The translations under genes were made by a program, and so were the position numbers. Below are positions 29,762 to 40,732 of a stretch of 64,000 bases of DNA, in pieces. Numbering within the stretch: the stretch's first letter is position 1; each line of letters opens with the position of its first letter. The stretch comes from an uncultured Chloroflexia bacterium (GTDB taxonomy: Bacteria; Chloroflexota; Limnocylindria; Limnocylindrales; CSP1-4). Under the pieces are notes generated by a model, which saw only the letters and a program-made list of their open reading frames with translations, did no database searches and was not told where the DNA came from. The stretch lies in NCBI GenBank assembly GCA_963819655.1, contig CAWFXA010000002.1, positions 160,001 through 224,000 of the forward strand, read 5' to 3'.

Positions 29762-31069
29762 TCAGGACGCTGGCCAGTCGAACGCCACGACCATGCCTGA
29801 TCCGTGCGCGCCCAGGCCGGACCGTAGCGAGGCACCGCACAGCGCCGCCTCCGTCGCCATGTCCGCCAATCCGCGGTGCCCATCCTCCAGGGCGGCGCGC
29901 TCGACGCCGGGCGATAGCCCAGGACCATCGTCCTCGATTGACAGCCCTACTCGGTCTGGACGGCTGGATACGACGATGCGCACCTGCGCGGACGGCGCAT
30001 GGCGGACGACGTTCTCGAGCGCCAGCGCGGCGATCCGGAGCGCCGCTGCCGCCACAAGCGGAGGCGGTGACGCAGGGGGCTGCTCGTCGTTCTCGGCGAC
30101 GTCGATCGTGACTCTGACGTCGGATCGATCCTCTACCCGTTCAGCCAACGACTCGAGGGCCGTGACGAGTCCCCCAATCTCGAGACCGATCGCGTCGCGT
30201 GTTTCCACCATCGCTTCGACCTGACGAAGGGCGTCGCGCAGGGAGGCCGCCAAACGGTCCACCGACCCGACTTGCTCGGCCTCACGGATGGCGCGCCGGA
30301 GATCCGGCACGACCACGGCGTGGAGGTCGCGTGCGATCCGCGCTCGTTCGGCGATGGCGGCGCGCCGCTCCTGGGCGCGGCCCGGCTTGAGCTCCTGGCC
30401 GAATGTCCGGATCCAGGCGGCGGCATAGCCGAGCGCGTCGTCGGGACGCCTCGGTCGATCACGGATCGAGGCGATTCGTCGAGTGGTCCGTTCGGCCGCC
30501 GGCCGAAGGTCGCCGAGCATGCCGACAACCACGAAAGCAATGGTCGTGATCAGGAATGTCCGGGTGACCAACACGAGATCGCCCAAAGGCCGTGCCGGCT
30601 CCGTGAGGGCGATCTCCGGGTCCGGTGTGGCGAGAGCCCACGCCCCGACTCCAAAGACGACGATAACCGTGAGAACCCCGGCGGCGCGGAGCGGTCGCGC
30701 GACGCGGCGGGCCGGGTCGATCGCGTACGCGACCGCCGCGCTCGTCGCGCAGATCGCCGAGAGCACGATCGTCAATGCGATCCACCGCCACGTCTCGGGG
30801 CCAAGGTCCGCACGGTGGTCGCGACCAAAGCTCGCAAGATCCACCGTGATGGTGGAGAGGGCAACGATCAGTGCGAGCCACGCGACCGTCGGATGACTCC
30901 CCATCGCCAGGCCGACGACACACATGGCGGCCGAAGCGACGAGGAATGGCACCATCACATCCGGCGTCACCGCTGAGCCCTCGCCGACCGCCACGCGGTA
31001 TCCACCGAGCGCGATGATCAAGCCCACCGCCGCAAGGCCGAGGACGGCGAAGACTCCTGAACGGCTCAA
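29762..31069 (-). CDS. NarX/DesK-like membrane sensor histidine kinase
   Basis: TM region, H-box ERARIARDLH, ALENVVRHA, IEDDGPG, HRGLADM. Probable TTG start overlaps the regulator stop. Confidence 0.85.
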   Translation of the reverse strand: MSRSGVFAVLGLAAVGLIIALGGYRVAVGEGSAVTPDVMVPFLVASAAMCVVGLAMGSHPTVAWLALIVALSTITVDLASFGRDHRADLGPETWRWIALTIVLSAICATSAAVAYAIDPARRVARPLRAAGVLTVIVVFGVGAWALATPDPEIALTEPARPLGDLVLVTRTFLITTIAFVVVGMLGDLRPAAERTTRRIASIRDRPRRPDDALGYAAAWIRTFGQELKPGRAQERRAAIAERARIARDLHAVVVPDLRRAIREAEQVGSVDRLAASLRDALRQVEAMVETRDAIGLEIGGLVTALESLAERVEDRSDVRVTIDVAENDEQPPASPPPLVAAAALRIAALALENVVRHAPSAQVRIVVSSRPDRVGLSIEDDGPGLSPGVERAALEDGHRGLADMATEAALCGASLRSGLGAHGSGMVVAFDWPAS

Positions 31070-31731
31070 CGACAGCCTCGTCGTTTTTCTGCCGCCCAAC
31101 CCTCGTCGATCGAAAGCACCGCCAGCTCCGTCCGCGACAACAAGCCATATCGATCGAAGAGCCGGCGAAGGTGACTCTCGACAGTCTTCTCGGAAAGACC
31201 CAGGGCGGCAGCGATCTCGGCGTTGGTCGCCCCGTCGATAACGTGGGCGATGACCTGGATCTCGCGATCAGAAGGGAGGCGGCGGGCCTCGCGCGACCCG
31301 ATGAGCGCGGCCGCACTGTATGCCGTGCCGCCACGCGCGATGGTTCGGATCCCGTCGATGATCTCTAGGACGTCGGCGGATTTGTCGATATAGCCCGCGG
31401 CGCCGCCGTCGATCGCGGCGCGGATCAGCGACGGATACCCGTATCCGGACAGGAATAGCACGGCTGGCGGCGCATGTCCGCGTAAGGCGCGTGGGTCATG
31501 GACGGCACGAAGGACCTGCAATCCCTCGGCACCGCCTGCCAGGTTCATGTCGCAGACGAGCACGTCGACCTTCGACGCGAGCTCCATGGCCTCATCGCCG
31601 GTCCGGGCGGCGCCGATCAGTCGGAGGTCGGCCGCAGCCTGTACCGCGGTGGCGATGGCGTCGAGGACCGCCGGATGGTCATCGACGATACCGACGCGTG
31701 TCGGGGTTCGCGTTCCGCGTGGCTTGCTGAT
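31066..31731 (-). CDS. NarL/LuxR family response regulator (receiver domain begins upstream of the first ATG)
   Basis: RVGIVDDHP, VLVCDMNL, GYIDK, and HTH TNAEIAAALGLSEKTVESH. The likely start is ATC 5 nt after GGAG. Confidence 0.88.
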   Translation of the reverse strand: MSKPRGTRTPTRVGIVDDHPAVLDAIATAVQAAADLRLIGAARTGDEAMELASKVDVLVCDMNLAGGAEGLQVLRAVHDPRALRGHAPPAVLFLSGYGYPSLIRAAIDGGAAGYIDKSADVLEIIDGIRTIARGGTAYSAAALIGSREARRLPSDREIQVIAHVIDGATNAEIAAALGLSEKTVESHLRRLFDRYGLLSRTELAVLSIDEGWAAEKRRGCR

Positions 31732-31867
31732 GAGCTCTCCCTGCAGCTGGCGACTTATCGGGGCAGCGTGCCGTGGTTCTGCCGAATCCGCATCAGGTGG
31801 ATTCCCGCAATACGACGACCGGCACCAACCCGAGTCAGATCGACGCAGTCGCTTCCGCCGAGAACCC

Positions 31868-32034
31868 CGTTACTCCCAGTAGCGAGATCGCCACGAACGT
31901 GCACGGCTCCTTTACCAGATCGACAGTCCGTGCCAGAACTCGGCCTCGTCCACGCTCATTCATCGAGGATCCGTTACTGGGAGTAACGCGGGGCGCCGGT
32001 GGCCCGCGACGCCACGACCGGCACGCCGCGCCGA
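31868..32034. repeat. Palindromic repeat, copy C
   Basis: CGTTACTCCCAGTAGCG (31868) ... CGTTACTGGGAGTAACG (31988); direct repeat of copy B at an offset of 2634 bp. Confidence 0.92.
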
Positions 32035-32043
32035 CTGGCCGCC

Positions 32044-33300
32044 CTAACCCCGGAAGACGCGCTCGACCTCGCGCAGGCCGGTCGCCAGCCGGTCGATGTC
32101 GTCGGTCGTCGTGTAGACGCTGAAGCTGGCGCGTGCCGTGGCCGCGAGGTCCAGCCGCTCGTGCAAAGGCATCGTGCAGTGGTGGCCTGCTCGGACGGCG
32201 ATCCCGTAACGGTCCAGCACCTGGGCGACGTCATGCGGATGGATGCCGGGCAGGTTGAACGGGATCACGCCGCCTCGCCTTTCGGGGTCCATCGGCCCGT
32301 ACAGCTCGATCGATGGGACCTCGCGCGGCAGTATCTCGAGCGCGTACGAGACGAGCGATCGCTCGTGGGACCGCACGGCATCCATGCCGATGTCCATCAG
32401 GTAGTCCGCCGCGACGCCCAGTCCGATCGCGTCGCCGACCGCCGGCGTGCCCGCCTCGAACTTCCACGGGATGTCGTTGAACTCACTCCGCCGCAGATGG
32501 ACCTCGCGGATCATCTCGCCACCGGCGAGGAACGGCGGCATCGCCTCCAGCAGCTCGCGCCGCGCCCACAGTGCGCCGGAGCCCATCGGCGCCAGCATCT
32601 TGTGACCGCTGAACGCGTAGAAGTCGCAGCCGAGCGCCTGCACGTCGACCGGGACGTGGGGCACAGCCTGGGCCCCGTCGACCAGCACGAGTGCGCCCGC
32701 CGCATGGGCAAGATCGACCATCTCGCGGACCGGATTGATCGTGCCCAGCGTGTTCGAGACATGGGTGAACGCGACGAGCTTCGGCTTCAGCCGCAGCAGC
32801 ACCTCGAACACGTCGAGCCGGAGCTCGCCGTCATCGGTGATCGGGATGAACTCGAGGTCGCCGTCCTGCTCCTGGACGAGGATCTGCCACGGGACGAGGT
32901 TGGCGTGGTGCTCCATCTCGGTCAGCACGATCGCGTCGCCGCGCGCGATGTTGCGCCGGCCCCACGAGTACGCGACGAGATTGATCGCCTCGGTCGCGTT
33001 CCGCGTGAACACGATCTCGTGGCTGTCGGGCGCGTTGATGAACTGCGCGACGGTGGCACGCGCTCGCTCGTACGCCGCGGTCGCCTTCTCGCCGATCGTG
33101 TAGATCCCGCGGTGGACGTTGGCGTTGTACTCGCGGTAGTAGTCGGCCACGGCGTCGATGACGACCCGCGGCTTCTGGCTGGTCGACGCCGAGTCGAGAT
33201 ACGTCAGCGGGTGGCCGTTGATCAGCTGGTCGAGGATCGGAAAGTCGCGCCGCAGCGCGCCGGGGTCGAGGGCGGGTCGGTCGGACGCCTCGATGGCCAA
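32044..33300 (-). CDS. sufS: Cysteine desulfurase SufS
   Basis: YLDSASTSQKP, MEHHAN, FSGHKM, VRAGHHC. Confidence 0.96.
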   Translation of the reverse strand: MAIEASDRPALDPGALRRDFPILDQLINGHPLTYLDSASTSQKPRVVIDAVADYYREYNANVHRGIYTIGEKATAAYERARATVAQFINAPDSHEIVFTRNATEAINLVAYSWGRRNIARGDAIVLTEMEHHANLVPWQILVQEQDGDLEFIPITDDGELRLDVFEVLLRLKPKLVAFTHVSNTLGTINPVREMVDLAHAAGALVLVDGAQAVPHVPVDVQALGCDFYAFSGHKMLAPMGSGALWARRELLEAMPPFLAGGEMIREVHLRRSEFNDIPWKFEAGTPAVGDAIGLGVAADYLMDIGMDAVRSHERSLVSYALEILPREVPSIELYGPMDPERRGGVIPFNLPGIHPHDVAQVLDRYGIAVRAGHHCTMPLHERLDLAATARASFSVYTTTDDIDRLATGLREVERVFRG

Positions 33301-33315
33301 CGGCGTGCGCCCGCC

Positions 33316-34233
33316 CTAGCGGGCAGCCTCCACGGGCTCACGGTCGAGGTCGTGGTCGAGCTCGGGGCCTTTCGGCACCTTGAGCGCCTCGTCCGGGGCT
33401 GTGACCTCGAGCCCTGCCGCGCGCAGGATCGGACCGTAGCCCTCGTCCTCGAGCTGGAGTGCCAGCTCCCGGCCGCCGCTCTTGACGATACGGCCCTGGG
33501 CGAGGACGTGGACGAAGTCCGGCTTGATGTGGTTCAGCAGCCGCTGGTAGTGCGTGATGAGCAACACGCCGAGGTTCGGGTTGAGCATCGCGTTGACGCC
33601 CTCGGCGACGATCCGCAGCGCATCGATGTCGAGACCGGAGTCGGTCTCGTCGAGGATCGCCATCTCGGGCTCGATGACCGCCATCTGGAGCATCTCGAGC
33701 CGCTTCTTCTCGCCACCGGAGAAACCTTCGTTCACGTAGCGTGACGCGAAGCTCTCGTCCATGCGGAGGAGCGCCATCTTCTCGCGCATCTTGGTGCGGA
33801 AGTCGCGCATCGAGATGCCGCCCTTGACCGGGTCCGTCGGGTCGATGTCGGCGTCCTTGTCGAGACCCTGCAGCTTGGCGTTGAGCGCGCTGCGGATGAA
33901 CGATGCGACCGACAGTCCCGGGACGGCGGTCGGGTACTGGAAGGCCAGGAACATGCCGAGCCGGGCCCGCTTGTCGGGCGACAGCTTCAGGATATTCCGG
34001 CCCTTCCAGAGGACCTCGCCACCCGTCACGACGTAGGCGGGGTGACCCATGAGCGCGTACGCCAGCGTGGTCTTGCCCGAGCCATTCGGCCCCATGATCG
34101 CGTGGACCTCGCCCTTGCCGACGGTCAGGTCGATCCCTTGCAGGATCTCCTGGTCGAGTTTGCCGAGGGGGGCGACGCGCAGGCCGCGGATGACGAGGTG
34201 CTGGTCGGTGGTGGCGGTCGACTGGTCGGTCAC
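33316..34233 (-). CDS. sufC: Fe-S cluster assembly ATPase SufC
   Basis: GPNGSGKT, LAFQYP, NEGFSGGEKKR, LDETDSGLDIDA, ITHYQRLL. Confidence 0.96.
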   Translation of the reverse strand: MTDQSTATTDQHLVIRGLRVAPLGKLDQEILQGIDLTVGKGEVHAIMGPNGSGKTTLAYALMGHPAYVVTGGEVLWKGRNILKLSPDKRARLGMFLAFQYPTAVPGLSVASFIRSALNAKLQGLDKDADIDPTDPVKGGISMRDFRTKMREKMALLRMDESFASRYVNEGFSGGEKKRLEMLQMAVIEPEMAILDETDSGLDIDALRIVAEGVNAMLNPNLGVLLITHYQRLLNHIKPDFVHVLAQGRIVKSGGRELALQLEDEGYGPILRAAGLEVTAPDEALKVPKGPELDHDLDREPVEAAR

Positions 34234-34769
34234 GTGGTGATCAGGGCTCCTTCCGGATCGTCGATAGCGACGACGCGCGGTGGCGCGAGGTCGGCGAGAG
34301 TCATCGAATCGAGGGTCGACGTGATCGCATCGCGAACGCGGACCCACAGGATGTTGACGGTGCAGCGCGACGAGCGATCGCAGGTCGTGGCGTGCTCCGG
34401 GTCGTCGGTCGCGCAGAACATCGGGGCGATCGGTCCTTCGAGGGCGCGCAGCACCTCGCCCATCGGGATCGCCGCCGGCGGCCGCGTCAGCTCGTAGCCG
34501 CCATGCGCGCCGCGCGTGCTCACGACGAGACCGGCCTCCCGCAGGTTGACGACGAGCTGCTCGAGATATGCCCGCGGGAGATCCTCTTCCGCGGCGATGC
34601 CCGCGAGGCTGGCGGGGCCGGTGCCGTAGTGGCGCGCCAGCTGGACCATCAGGCGCACGCCGTACTCACCCTTCGTCGAGAACGAGACGGCCCCTGAGCC
34701 GTGATAGGCGGGGCGTTGGACCGGGATCGGCGCGGGCGTGGTCGTGCTGTTAGTGGAGGTGGTCAGGAT
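34230..34769 (-). CDS. Rrf2 family (IscR/SufR-like) regulator
   Basis: FSTKGEYGVRLM, YLEQL, STRGAHGGY and three Cys. The conserved N-terminus lies upstream of the first ATG; start is probably ATC or CTG. Confidence 0.9.
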   Translation of the reverse strand: MLTTSTNSTTTPAPIPVQRPAYHGSGAVSFSTKGEYGVRLMVQLARHYGTGPASLAGIAAEEDLPRAYLEQLVVNLREAGLVVSTRGAHGGYELTRPPAAIPMGEVLRALEGPIAPMFCATDDPEHATTCDRSSRCTVNILWVRVRDAITSTLDSMTLADLAPPRVVAIDDPEGALITT

Positions 34770-34775
34770 GTGGCC

Positions 34776-34808
34776 CTCGATATCCGAGTGATTTCGTCGG
34801 ATATCGAG
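34776..34808. promoter_or_regulatory. Rrf2/IscR-type operator
   Basis: Perfect inverted repeat CTCGATATCCGA-N9-TCGGATATCGAG next to a minus-strand -10 TAGACT; resembles IscR type-1 sites. Confidence 0.75.
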
Positions 34809-34865
34809 TCTAAGGGTCGGCGCGTCGGGTCGTCAACGAAGGCGCCCGGGACGCCTCGACGAGGG

Positions 34866-36767
34866 CTACCGAGCCGGCACGGCGCGCAGGCGCCGGACCA
34901 GCTCAGCCGCCTGCTCGTAGCGACCGAACGACGGCATGATGTACGTCCCGGCTACCCGCTCGCCGACGGCCGCCAGCAGCTCCTCGGTGATCCGCAGCCC
35001 CACCTCGGCGCCGCGCTCGCCGGCCTCGTGCAACGCGGCGCGCGTCGCGTCCGGGATCGTGATGCCGGGCACCTCGTGATGGAGGAACTCGGCGTGGCGC
35101 GCCGACTGGAGTGGCAGGACCCCGAGCAGGACCGGCAGCGGGAAGCCGCCCGGTCCGAAACGCCGGCACGCCTCAGTGAACATCGCCTCGACCTGCGCGA
35201 TCGAATAGAGCGGCTGGGTCATGACGAGGTGCGCCCCGGCGGCGATCTTGCGTTCCAGTCGATCCCATTCCGTCGCGGCGTCCGCGGCGGTCGGGTCGAG
35301 GGCGCAGGCGATCGTGAACGAGGCCGGTTGCCCGATCGGAGAGCCGGCCGCGTCCTCGCCGCGATTCAGCCGAGCCAGGATCTCGACGAGCCCGATCGAG
35401 TCCACGTCCCAGACGCCGGTCGCCCCGGGCAGATCGCCGATCCGCGGCGGGTCGCCTGTCAAGGCGATGATGTTGCGGACGCCAAGTGCGTGTGCGCCGA
35501 GCAGCTCCGACTCGAGCGCCATGAGATTCCGATCGCGCGTCGTGCAATGGACGATGCATTCGAGATCGAGATCGTGCTGGATGCCGAACGCGACCGCGAG
35601 GGCTCCCATCCGGACCCGTGCCATCGCCGAGTCGCTGACGTTGACGACGTCGACGCCGGCGTCCTGGAGCGATCGCGCCGCCTCGATCGTGCGCTCGATG
35701 CGGACCGAGCGGGGCGGGTCGATCTCGACGGAGATGACGTACCGGCGCTCGGCCAGGGCGCGTGCGAGCCGCGATGGCGGCGGGGGCGCGTCCGTCGAGG
35801 CCGTCGCCGAGACCTCGGCGCGGATCGTGGTGGTCGTCGGCGGTTCGGCGGCGCCGACCGACGGCGATTGACCGACGCGTGCATCGATCGCGACGCGCAT
35901 CGCGGCGATGTGCTCGGGCGTCGTGCCGCAGCAGCCGCCGACGATGGCCGCGCCGGCATCGAGCATGTCCCCGACCATGCGCCCGAGGTAGTCGGGCCCT
36001 GCCGCGTAGACGAACTGCCCTTCGATCCGCTGCGACAGCCCGGCATTCGGGAGGATCGCCCGTCCCGTCGGACCCATCGCGATGAGGGCGTCGAGACAGC
36101 CGGCGGGTCCGGCCCCGCAGTTCACGCCGAGGACGTCGACATCGACCCGACCGGCGAGGGCGTGAGCCGCCGGCCCCGGACCGCTCCCGTCCGCAAGCGC
36201 GAGCGCCTCCCCAAACGTCAGAAGCGCGACGATCGGCAGGTCGGCCGCGATGGAGCGTGCCTCGTCGACCGCTATCGCGAGGTGGTCCGCGAGCGCGAAC
36301 GTCTCGAACCAGAAGACGTCGACACCACCCTCGAGCAGCCCTTCGATGGTCTCGCGGAAGGCGCCGCGGACGGCAGCATCGGACAGGTGGAGGATCTCGG
36401 GAGTCGGGGCTCCGAGCGGTCCGACCGACCCCGCCACCAGCACGTCGCGACCGGCCACGTCGCGCGCCTCTCGGGCGAGTTGCGCGCCCCGCCGGGCCAG
36501 CCGCCCGGCCCGGTCGGCCAAACCGTAGGGCGCCAGCCGGACGCGATTCGCGCCGAATGTCGCGGTCTCGATGATGTCCGCACCGACCGCCAGGTACTCG
36601 CGGTGGATGGCGCCGATCAGGTCCGGCCGCGTCGCCACCAGGTCGTCGAGCACCGCGCGCTGCGGGATGCCGCGGCTGAACAGGAGGGTGCCCATCGCGC
36701 CGTCCGCGAGCAGCGGACCTGCGGCCAGTCGATCGCGGAATCGCACGCGGGCGTCGCCGGCTGTCAT
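34866..36767 (-). CDS. Bifunctional homocysteine S-methyltransferase / methylenetetrahydrofolate reductase (YitJ-like)
   Basis: [25 protein letters not shown], then MTHFR domain VEIDPP, RDRN, ALTGDPP, MTQP. Confidence 0.92.
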   Translation of the reverse strand: MTAGDARVRFRDRLAAGPLLADGAMGTLLFSRGIPQRAVLDDLVATRPDLIGAIHREYLAVGADIIETATFGANRVRLAPYGLADRAGRLARRGAQLAREARDVAGRDVLVAGSVGPLGAPTPEILHLSDAAVRGAFRETIEGLLEGGVDVFWFETFALADHLAIAVDEARSIAADLPIVALLTFGEALALADGSGPGPAAHALAGRVDVDVLGVNCGAGPAGCLDALIAMGPTGRAILPNAGLSQRIEGQFVYAAGPDYLGRMVGDMLDAGAAIVGGCCGTTPEHIAAMRVAIDARVGQSPSVGAAEPPTTTTIRAEVSATASTDAPPPPSRLARALAERRYVISVEIDPPRSVRIERTIEAARSLQDAGVDVVNVSDSAMARVRMGALAVAFGIQHDLDLECIVHCTTRDRNLMALESELLGAHALGVRNIIALTGDPPRIGDLPGATGVWDVDSIGLVEILARLNRGEDAAGSPIGQPASFTIACALDPTAADAATEWDRLERKIAAGAHLVMTQPLYSIAQVEAMFTEACRRFGPGGFPLPVLLGVLPLQSARHAEFLHHEVPGITIPDATRAALHEAGERGAEVGLRITEELLAAVGERVAGTYIMPSFGRYEQAAELVRRLRAVPAR

Positions 36768-39700
36768 GTCGGCTCACGCAGGTTCGGTGCCAGCCACCGT
36801 TCCGCCTCGGCGATCGGGACGCCCTTGCGCGCCGCGTAGTCCTCGAGCTGGTCGCGATCGATGCGCCCGACGCCGAAGTAGTGGCTGGCCGGGTTCCACA
36901 GGTAGTACCCCGACACGGATGCGCCCGGCAGCATCGCGCACGATTCGGTGAGCTGGATCCCGGCCCGCCCTTCGGCCTCGAGGAGCTCGAACAGCGTCCT
37001 CTTCTCGGTGTGGTCCGGACAGGCCGGGTAGCCGGGGGCAGGCCGGATGCCCTGGTACCGCTCGGCGATCAGCTCGGTGTTGGTCAGGGTCTCGTCCGGG
37101 GCGTAGCCCCACAGCTCGCGCCGGACGCGCTCGTGCAGCCGCTCGGCGAATGCCTCGGCTAGGCGGTCGGCGAGGGCCTTGGCCAGGATCGCCGAGTAGT
37201 CGTCGTTGGCCGCGGCGAACTCGGCGACGATGCCATCCGGCCCGTCCAGGCCATGGCCGGCGGTGACCGCGAACGCCCCGATGTGGTCGGGCAGACCGCT
37301 CGAGACCGGTGCCACGAAGTCGGCTAACGCGACGTTCGACCGACCGTCTGTCTTGGCCATCTGCTGGCGGAGCGTGCGGAACATGGCCAGCGGATCGCGC
37401 CGGTCGTCGTCGCGCCACACGATGATGTCGTCCGTGTCCGCGTTCGCCGGCCAGAAGCCGACCACGCCGGTAGCCCGCAGCCGTCCATCGACGACGAGCT
37501 GGTCGAGCAGTCGGCGGGCGTCGTCGAACAGGTCGCGCGCTGCCGCGCCGACCGTCGGGTCGTCGAGGATGGCCGGGTACGCCCCCTTGAGCTCCCACGT
37601 GGTAAAGAACGGCGTCCAGTCGATGCGTTCGACCAATTCGGAGAGCGGATACGCGTCGAACGTCCGGACACCCGAGAACGACGGATGCGGCGGCGTGATA
37701 GTCGCCCAATCGATCGCGACGTGGTTGGCGCGCGCCTCGGCGATCGTGAGGTAGCGCTCCTTCGCGTGGCGGCCGGCCCGGTCGCGGCGCACGGCGTCGT
37801 ACTGCTCCCGCACCTCGCCGGCATATGCCTCGCGGCGATCGATGTCGATCAGCGCTCCCGCGACGCCGACCGCTCGCGACGCGTCGAGGACGTGGACGAC
37901 CGGCCCCGAATAGGCCGGCGCGATCTTCACCGCGGTGTGCGTGCGCGATGTCGTCGCCCCGCCGATGAGCAACGGCGTCGTCATCCCGAGCCGCTCCATC
38001 TCGGATGCGACATGGACCATCTCGTCGAGGGACGGGGTAATGAGCCCCGACAGGCCGATCAGGTCCGCGCCGTGTTCGGCGGCCGTCTCGAGGATCCGGG
38101 CGGCAGGCACCATGACGCCGAGATCGATCACCTCGTAGTCGTTGCAGCCGAGGACGACCCCCACGATGTTCTTGCCGATGTCGTGGACATCGCCCTTGAC
38201 TGTCGCCGTGACGATCGTGCCGGCTCGGCGGCGCGTGCCCTCGCGCTCCGCCTCGAGGTACGGCACGAGGTGCGCCACCGCCTTCTTCATCACACGTGCG
38301 CTCTTGACGACCTGTGGGAGGAACATGCGACCGGACCCGAACAGGTCGCCGACGACGTTCATCCCGTCCATCAGCGGACCCTCGATGACGTCCAGCGGTC
38401 GGGTCGCGGCCTGGCGCGCTTCCTCGGTGTCCTCGACGATCCAGGCGTCGATGCCCTCGACGAGCGCATGGGTCAGCCGCTCGCCGACGGGGCGCTCGCG
38501 CCATGCCAGGTCCTCCGCCGGACGGTCCATCCCGGCAGCGCCCGCAAAGCGTGTGGCGATCTCGAGGAGGCGCTCGGTCGCGTCCGAGCGCCGGTTCAGC
38601 ACGACGTCCTCGACCCGCTCCTTGAGCTCGGGCTCGATGTCGTCATAGACCGGCAGGACCCCGGCGTTGACGATCGCCATGTCCAGGCCCGCGGCCTTCG
38701 CGTGGTACAGGAAGACCGAGTGGATGGCCTCGCGGACGAGGTCGTTGCCGCGGAACGCGAACGACACATTCGACACGCCGCCGGACGTGCGCGTGCCGGG
38801 CAGCTCGGCCTTGAGGCGCCGGACGGCCTCGATGAATGAGACCGCGTACGCGTTGTGCTCCTCGATGCCGGTCGCGATGGCGAAGATGTTGGCATCCAGG
38901 ATGATGTCCTCGGGCGCGAACCCGACGACCTTCGTCAGCAGGTCGTAGGCGCGGCGGAGGATGGCGAGCCGCCGATCGACGCTGTCACCCTGGCCTTGTT
39001 CGTCGAACGCCATGACGACGACCGCCGCGCCGTAGCGCTTGCACAGCCGAGCCTGCCTCAGGAACTCCGCTTCGCCCTCCTTGAGCGAGATCGAGTTGAC
39101 GACGCCCTTGCCCTGGAGCTGCTGCAGGCCGGCCTCGAGCACCGACCATTTCGAGCTGTCGACCATGACCGGGACCGTCGCGATGTCGGGCTCGGCGGCG
39201 ATGCGGCGCAGGAAACGAGTCATCGCCGCGACCCCGTCGAGCATCGCCTCATCCATGTTCACGTCGATCAGCTGGGCGCCGTTGGCGACCTGCTCGCGCG
39301 CGATGTCGACTGCCTCGTCCTCGCGACCCTCGGCCACGAGCCTGGCGAACTTGCGGGAGCCGGTGACGTTGGTCCGCTCGCCGATGTTGACGAACGTGTT
39401 GCCAGGAGGCGGGATGACGACCGGCTCGAGCCCCGCCAGGCGGGTCACGGCCGGCGGCCTGACGAGCGGCCGCGGCGGCAGGCCGGCGACAGCCGCGGCG
39501 ATCGCAGCTATGTGCTCGGGCGTCGTCCCGCAGCAGCCTCCGGCGATGTTGAGGAGACCGTGTCGGCCCCATTCGCCGAGCGCCTCGGCCATCGCTTCGG
39601 GCGTTTCGTCGTAGCCACCCAGCTCATTCGGGAGGCCGGCATTGGGGTAGGCCGAGACGGGCCGATCGGCGATCCTCGACAGGACGTCGAGGTGCTCGCG

Positions 39701-40540
39701 GAGCTGCTTCGGCCCGAGCGCGCAGTTGAGCCCGACCACGAGCGGGTCGGCGTGACGGACGCTGTGCCAGAACGCCTCGACCGTCTGCCCCGACAACGTC
39801 CGGCCCGAGGCGTCGACGATCGTGCCCGAGATGATCACCGGCAGCCGGTCGCCGAGCTCGTCGAACAGCGACTCGACGGCGAAGATCGCGGCCTTGGCGT
39901 TCAGCGTGTCGAAGATCGTCTCGATGAGCAGGATGTCGGCGCCGCCTTCGACCAGGCCGGCCGCGGCGTCGTGATAGGCCTCCTCGAGCTCCGGCCACGT
40001 GACGCCCCTGGCGGCCGGGTCGCCGACGTCCGGGCTGATCGATGCGGTCCGGTTCGTCGGCCCGAGGGCGCCCGCCACGAAACGCGGGCGACCGGGCTCG
40101 GCGGCTTCGGCTGCGTCGGCAGCGGCACGAGCGAGTCTGGCGGCCGTGACGTTGAGCTCGCGGACGATCGTCGTGTCGAGGCCGTAGTCGGCCTGCGCGA
40201 TACGGGTCGAAGTAAAGGTGTTGGTCGAGACGATGTCGGCGCCCGCGTCGAGGTAGGCGGCGTGGATGGCCTGGACGGCCGCCGGTCGGGTCAGCGTCAG
40301 GAGGTCGTTGTCGCCGCGCAGGTCTTTGGGATGATCGCGGAATCGGTCGCCGCGGAACGCCGCCTCGTCGAACTCGTGCGCCTGGAGCATCGTGCCCATC
40401 GCCCCGTCGAGGACCAGGATGCGCTCCGCCAGGAGCCCGGACAGCCGTGCACGCCTCGTCGAGCGCGTGAACGGCGCATCTGCGCTCGGATCAGCGGTCG
40501 AGGCCGGACTATCAGGCGGCGACAGGGTTCGGTTCGGCAC
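36764..40540 (-). CDS. metH: Cobalamin-dependent methionine synthase
   Basis: All four domains: [51 protein letters not shown]. Confidence 0.97.
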   Translation of the reverse strand: MPNRTLSPPDSPASTADPSADAPFTRSTRRARLSGLLAERILVLDGAMGTMLQAHEFDEAAFRGDRFRDHPKDLRGDNDLLTLTRPAAVQAIHAAYLDAGADIVSTNTFTSTRIAQADYGLDTTIVRELNVTAARLARAAADAAEAAEPGRPRFVAGALGPTNRTASISPDVGDPAARGVTWPELEEAYHDAAAGLVEGGADILLIETIFDTLNAKAAIFAVESLFDELGDRLPVIISGTIVDASGRTLSGQTVEAFWHSVRHADPLVVGLNCALGPKQLREHLDVLSRIADRPVSAYPNAGLPNELGGYDETPEAMAEALGEWGRHGLLNIAGGCCGTTPEHIAAIAAAVAGLPPRPLVRPPAVTRLAGLEPVVIPPPGNTFVNIGERTNVTGSRKFARLVAEGREDEAVDIAREQVANGAQLIDVNMDEAMLDGVAAMTRFLRRIAAEPDIATVPVMVDSSKWSVLEAGLQQLQGKGVVNSISLKEGEAEFLRQARLCKRYGAAVVVMAFDEQGQGDSVDRRLAILRRAYDLLTKVVGFAPEDIILDANIFAIATGIEEHNAYAVSFIEAVRRLKAELPGTRTSGGVSNVSFAFRGNDLVREAIHSVFLYHAKAAGLDMAIVNAGVLPVYDDIEPELKERVEDVVLNRRSDATERLLEIATRFAGAAGMDRPAEDLAWRERPVGERLTHALVEGIDAWIVEDTEEARQAATRPLDVIEGPLMDGMNVVGDLFGSGRMFLPQVVKSARVMKKAVAHLVPYLEAEREGTRRRAGTIVTATVKGDVHDIGKNIVGVVLGCNDYEVIDLGVMVPAARILETAAEHGADLIGLSGLITPSLDEMVHVASEMERLGMTTPLLIGGATTSRTHTAVKIAPAYSGPVVHVLDASRAVGVAGALIDIDRREAYAGEVREQYDAVRRDRAGRHAKERYLTIAEARANHVAIDWATITPPHPSFSGVRTFDAYPLSELVERIDWTPFFTTWELKGAYPAILDDPTVGAAARDLFDDARRLLDQLVVDGRLRATGVVGFWPANADTDDIIVWRDDDRRDPLAMFRTLRQQMAKTDGRSNVALADFVAPVSSGLPDHIGAFAVTAGHGLDGPDGIVAEFAAANDDYSAILAKALADRLAEAFAERLHERVRRELWGYAPDETLTNTELIAERYQGIRPAPGYPACPDHTEKRTLFELLEAEGRAGIQLTESCAMLPGASVSGYYLWNPASHYFGVGRIDRDQLEDYAARKGVPIAEAERWLAPNLREPT

Positions 40541-40629
40541 AGGCAGCTCCGGATCGTCGAGAGGCGGCTGGACGCGGCCTATGGACCGGACGACCTGGTC
40601 GCTTCGAGGGAGCTCCGAACGGAGTGTCC

Positions 40630-40732
40630 CTTATCTCGCAGGAAGACCTGCCCGGACTTGGCACCTTGCCGACATCGCGTCGGTAGGTTGTCGTGGCATC
40701 GACGGGCCGGTCCCTCCGCCACTCTGGATAAG
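40630..40732 (-). ncRNA. SAM-I (S-box) riboswitch
   Basis: Minus strand CTTATCCAGAG-TGGCGGAGGGACCGGCCC..ACAACC..GGTGCCAAGTCC..GAGATAAG, upstream of metH. Confidence 0.92.
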
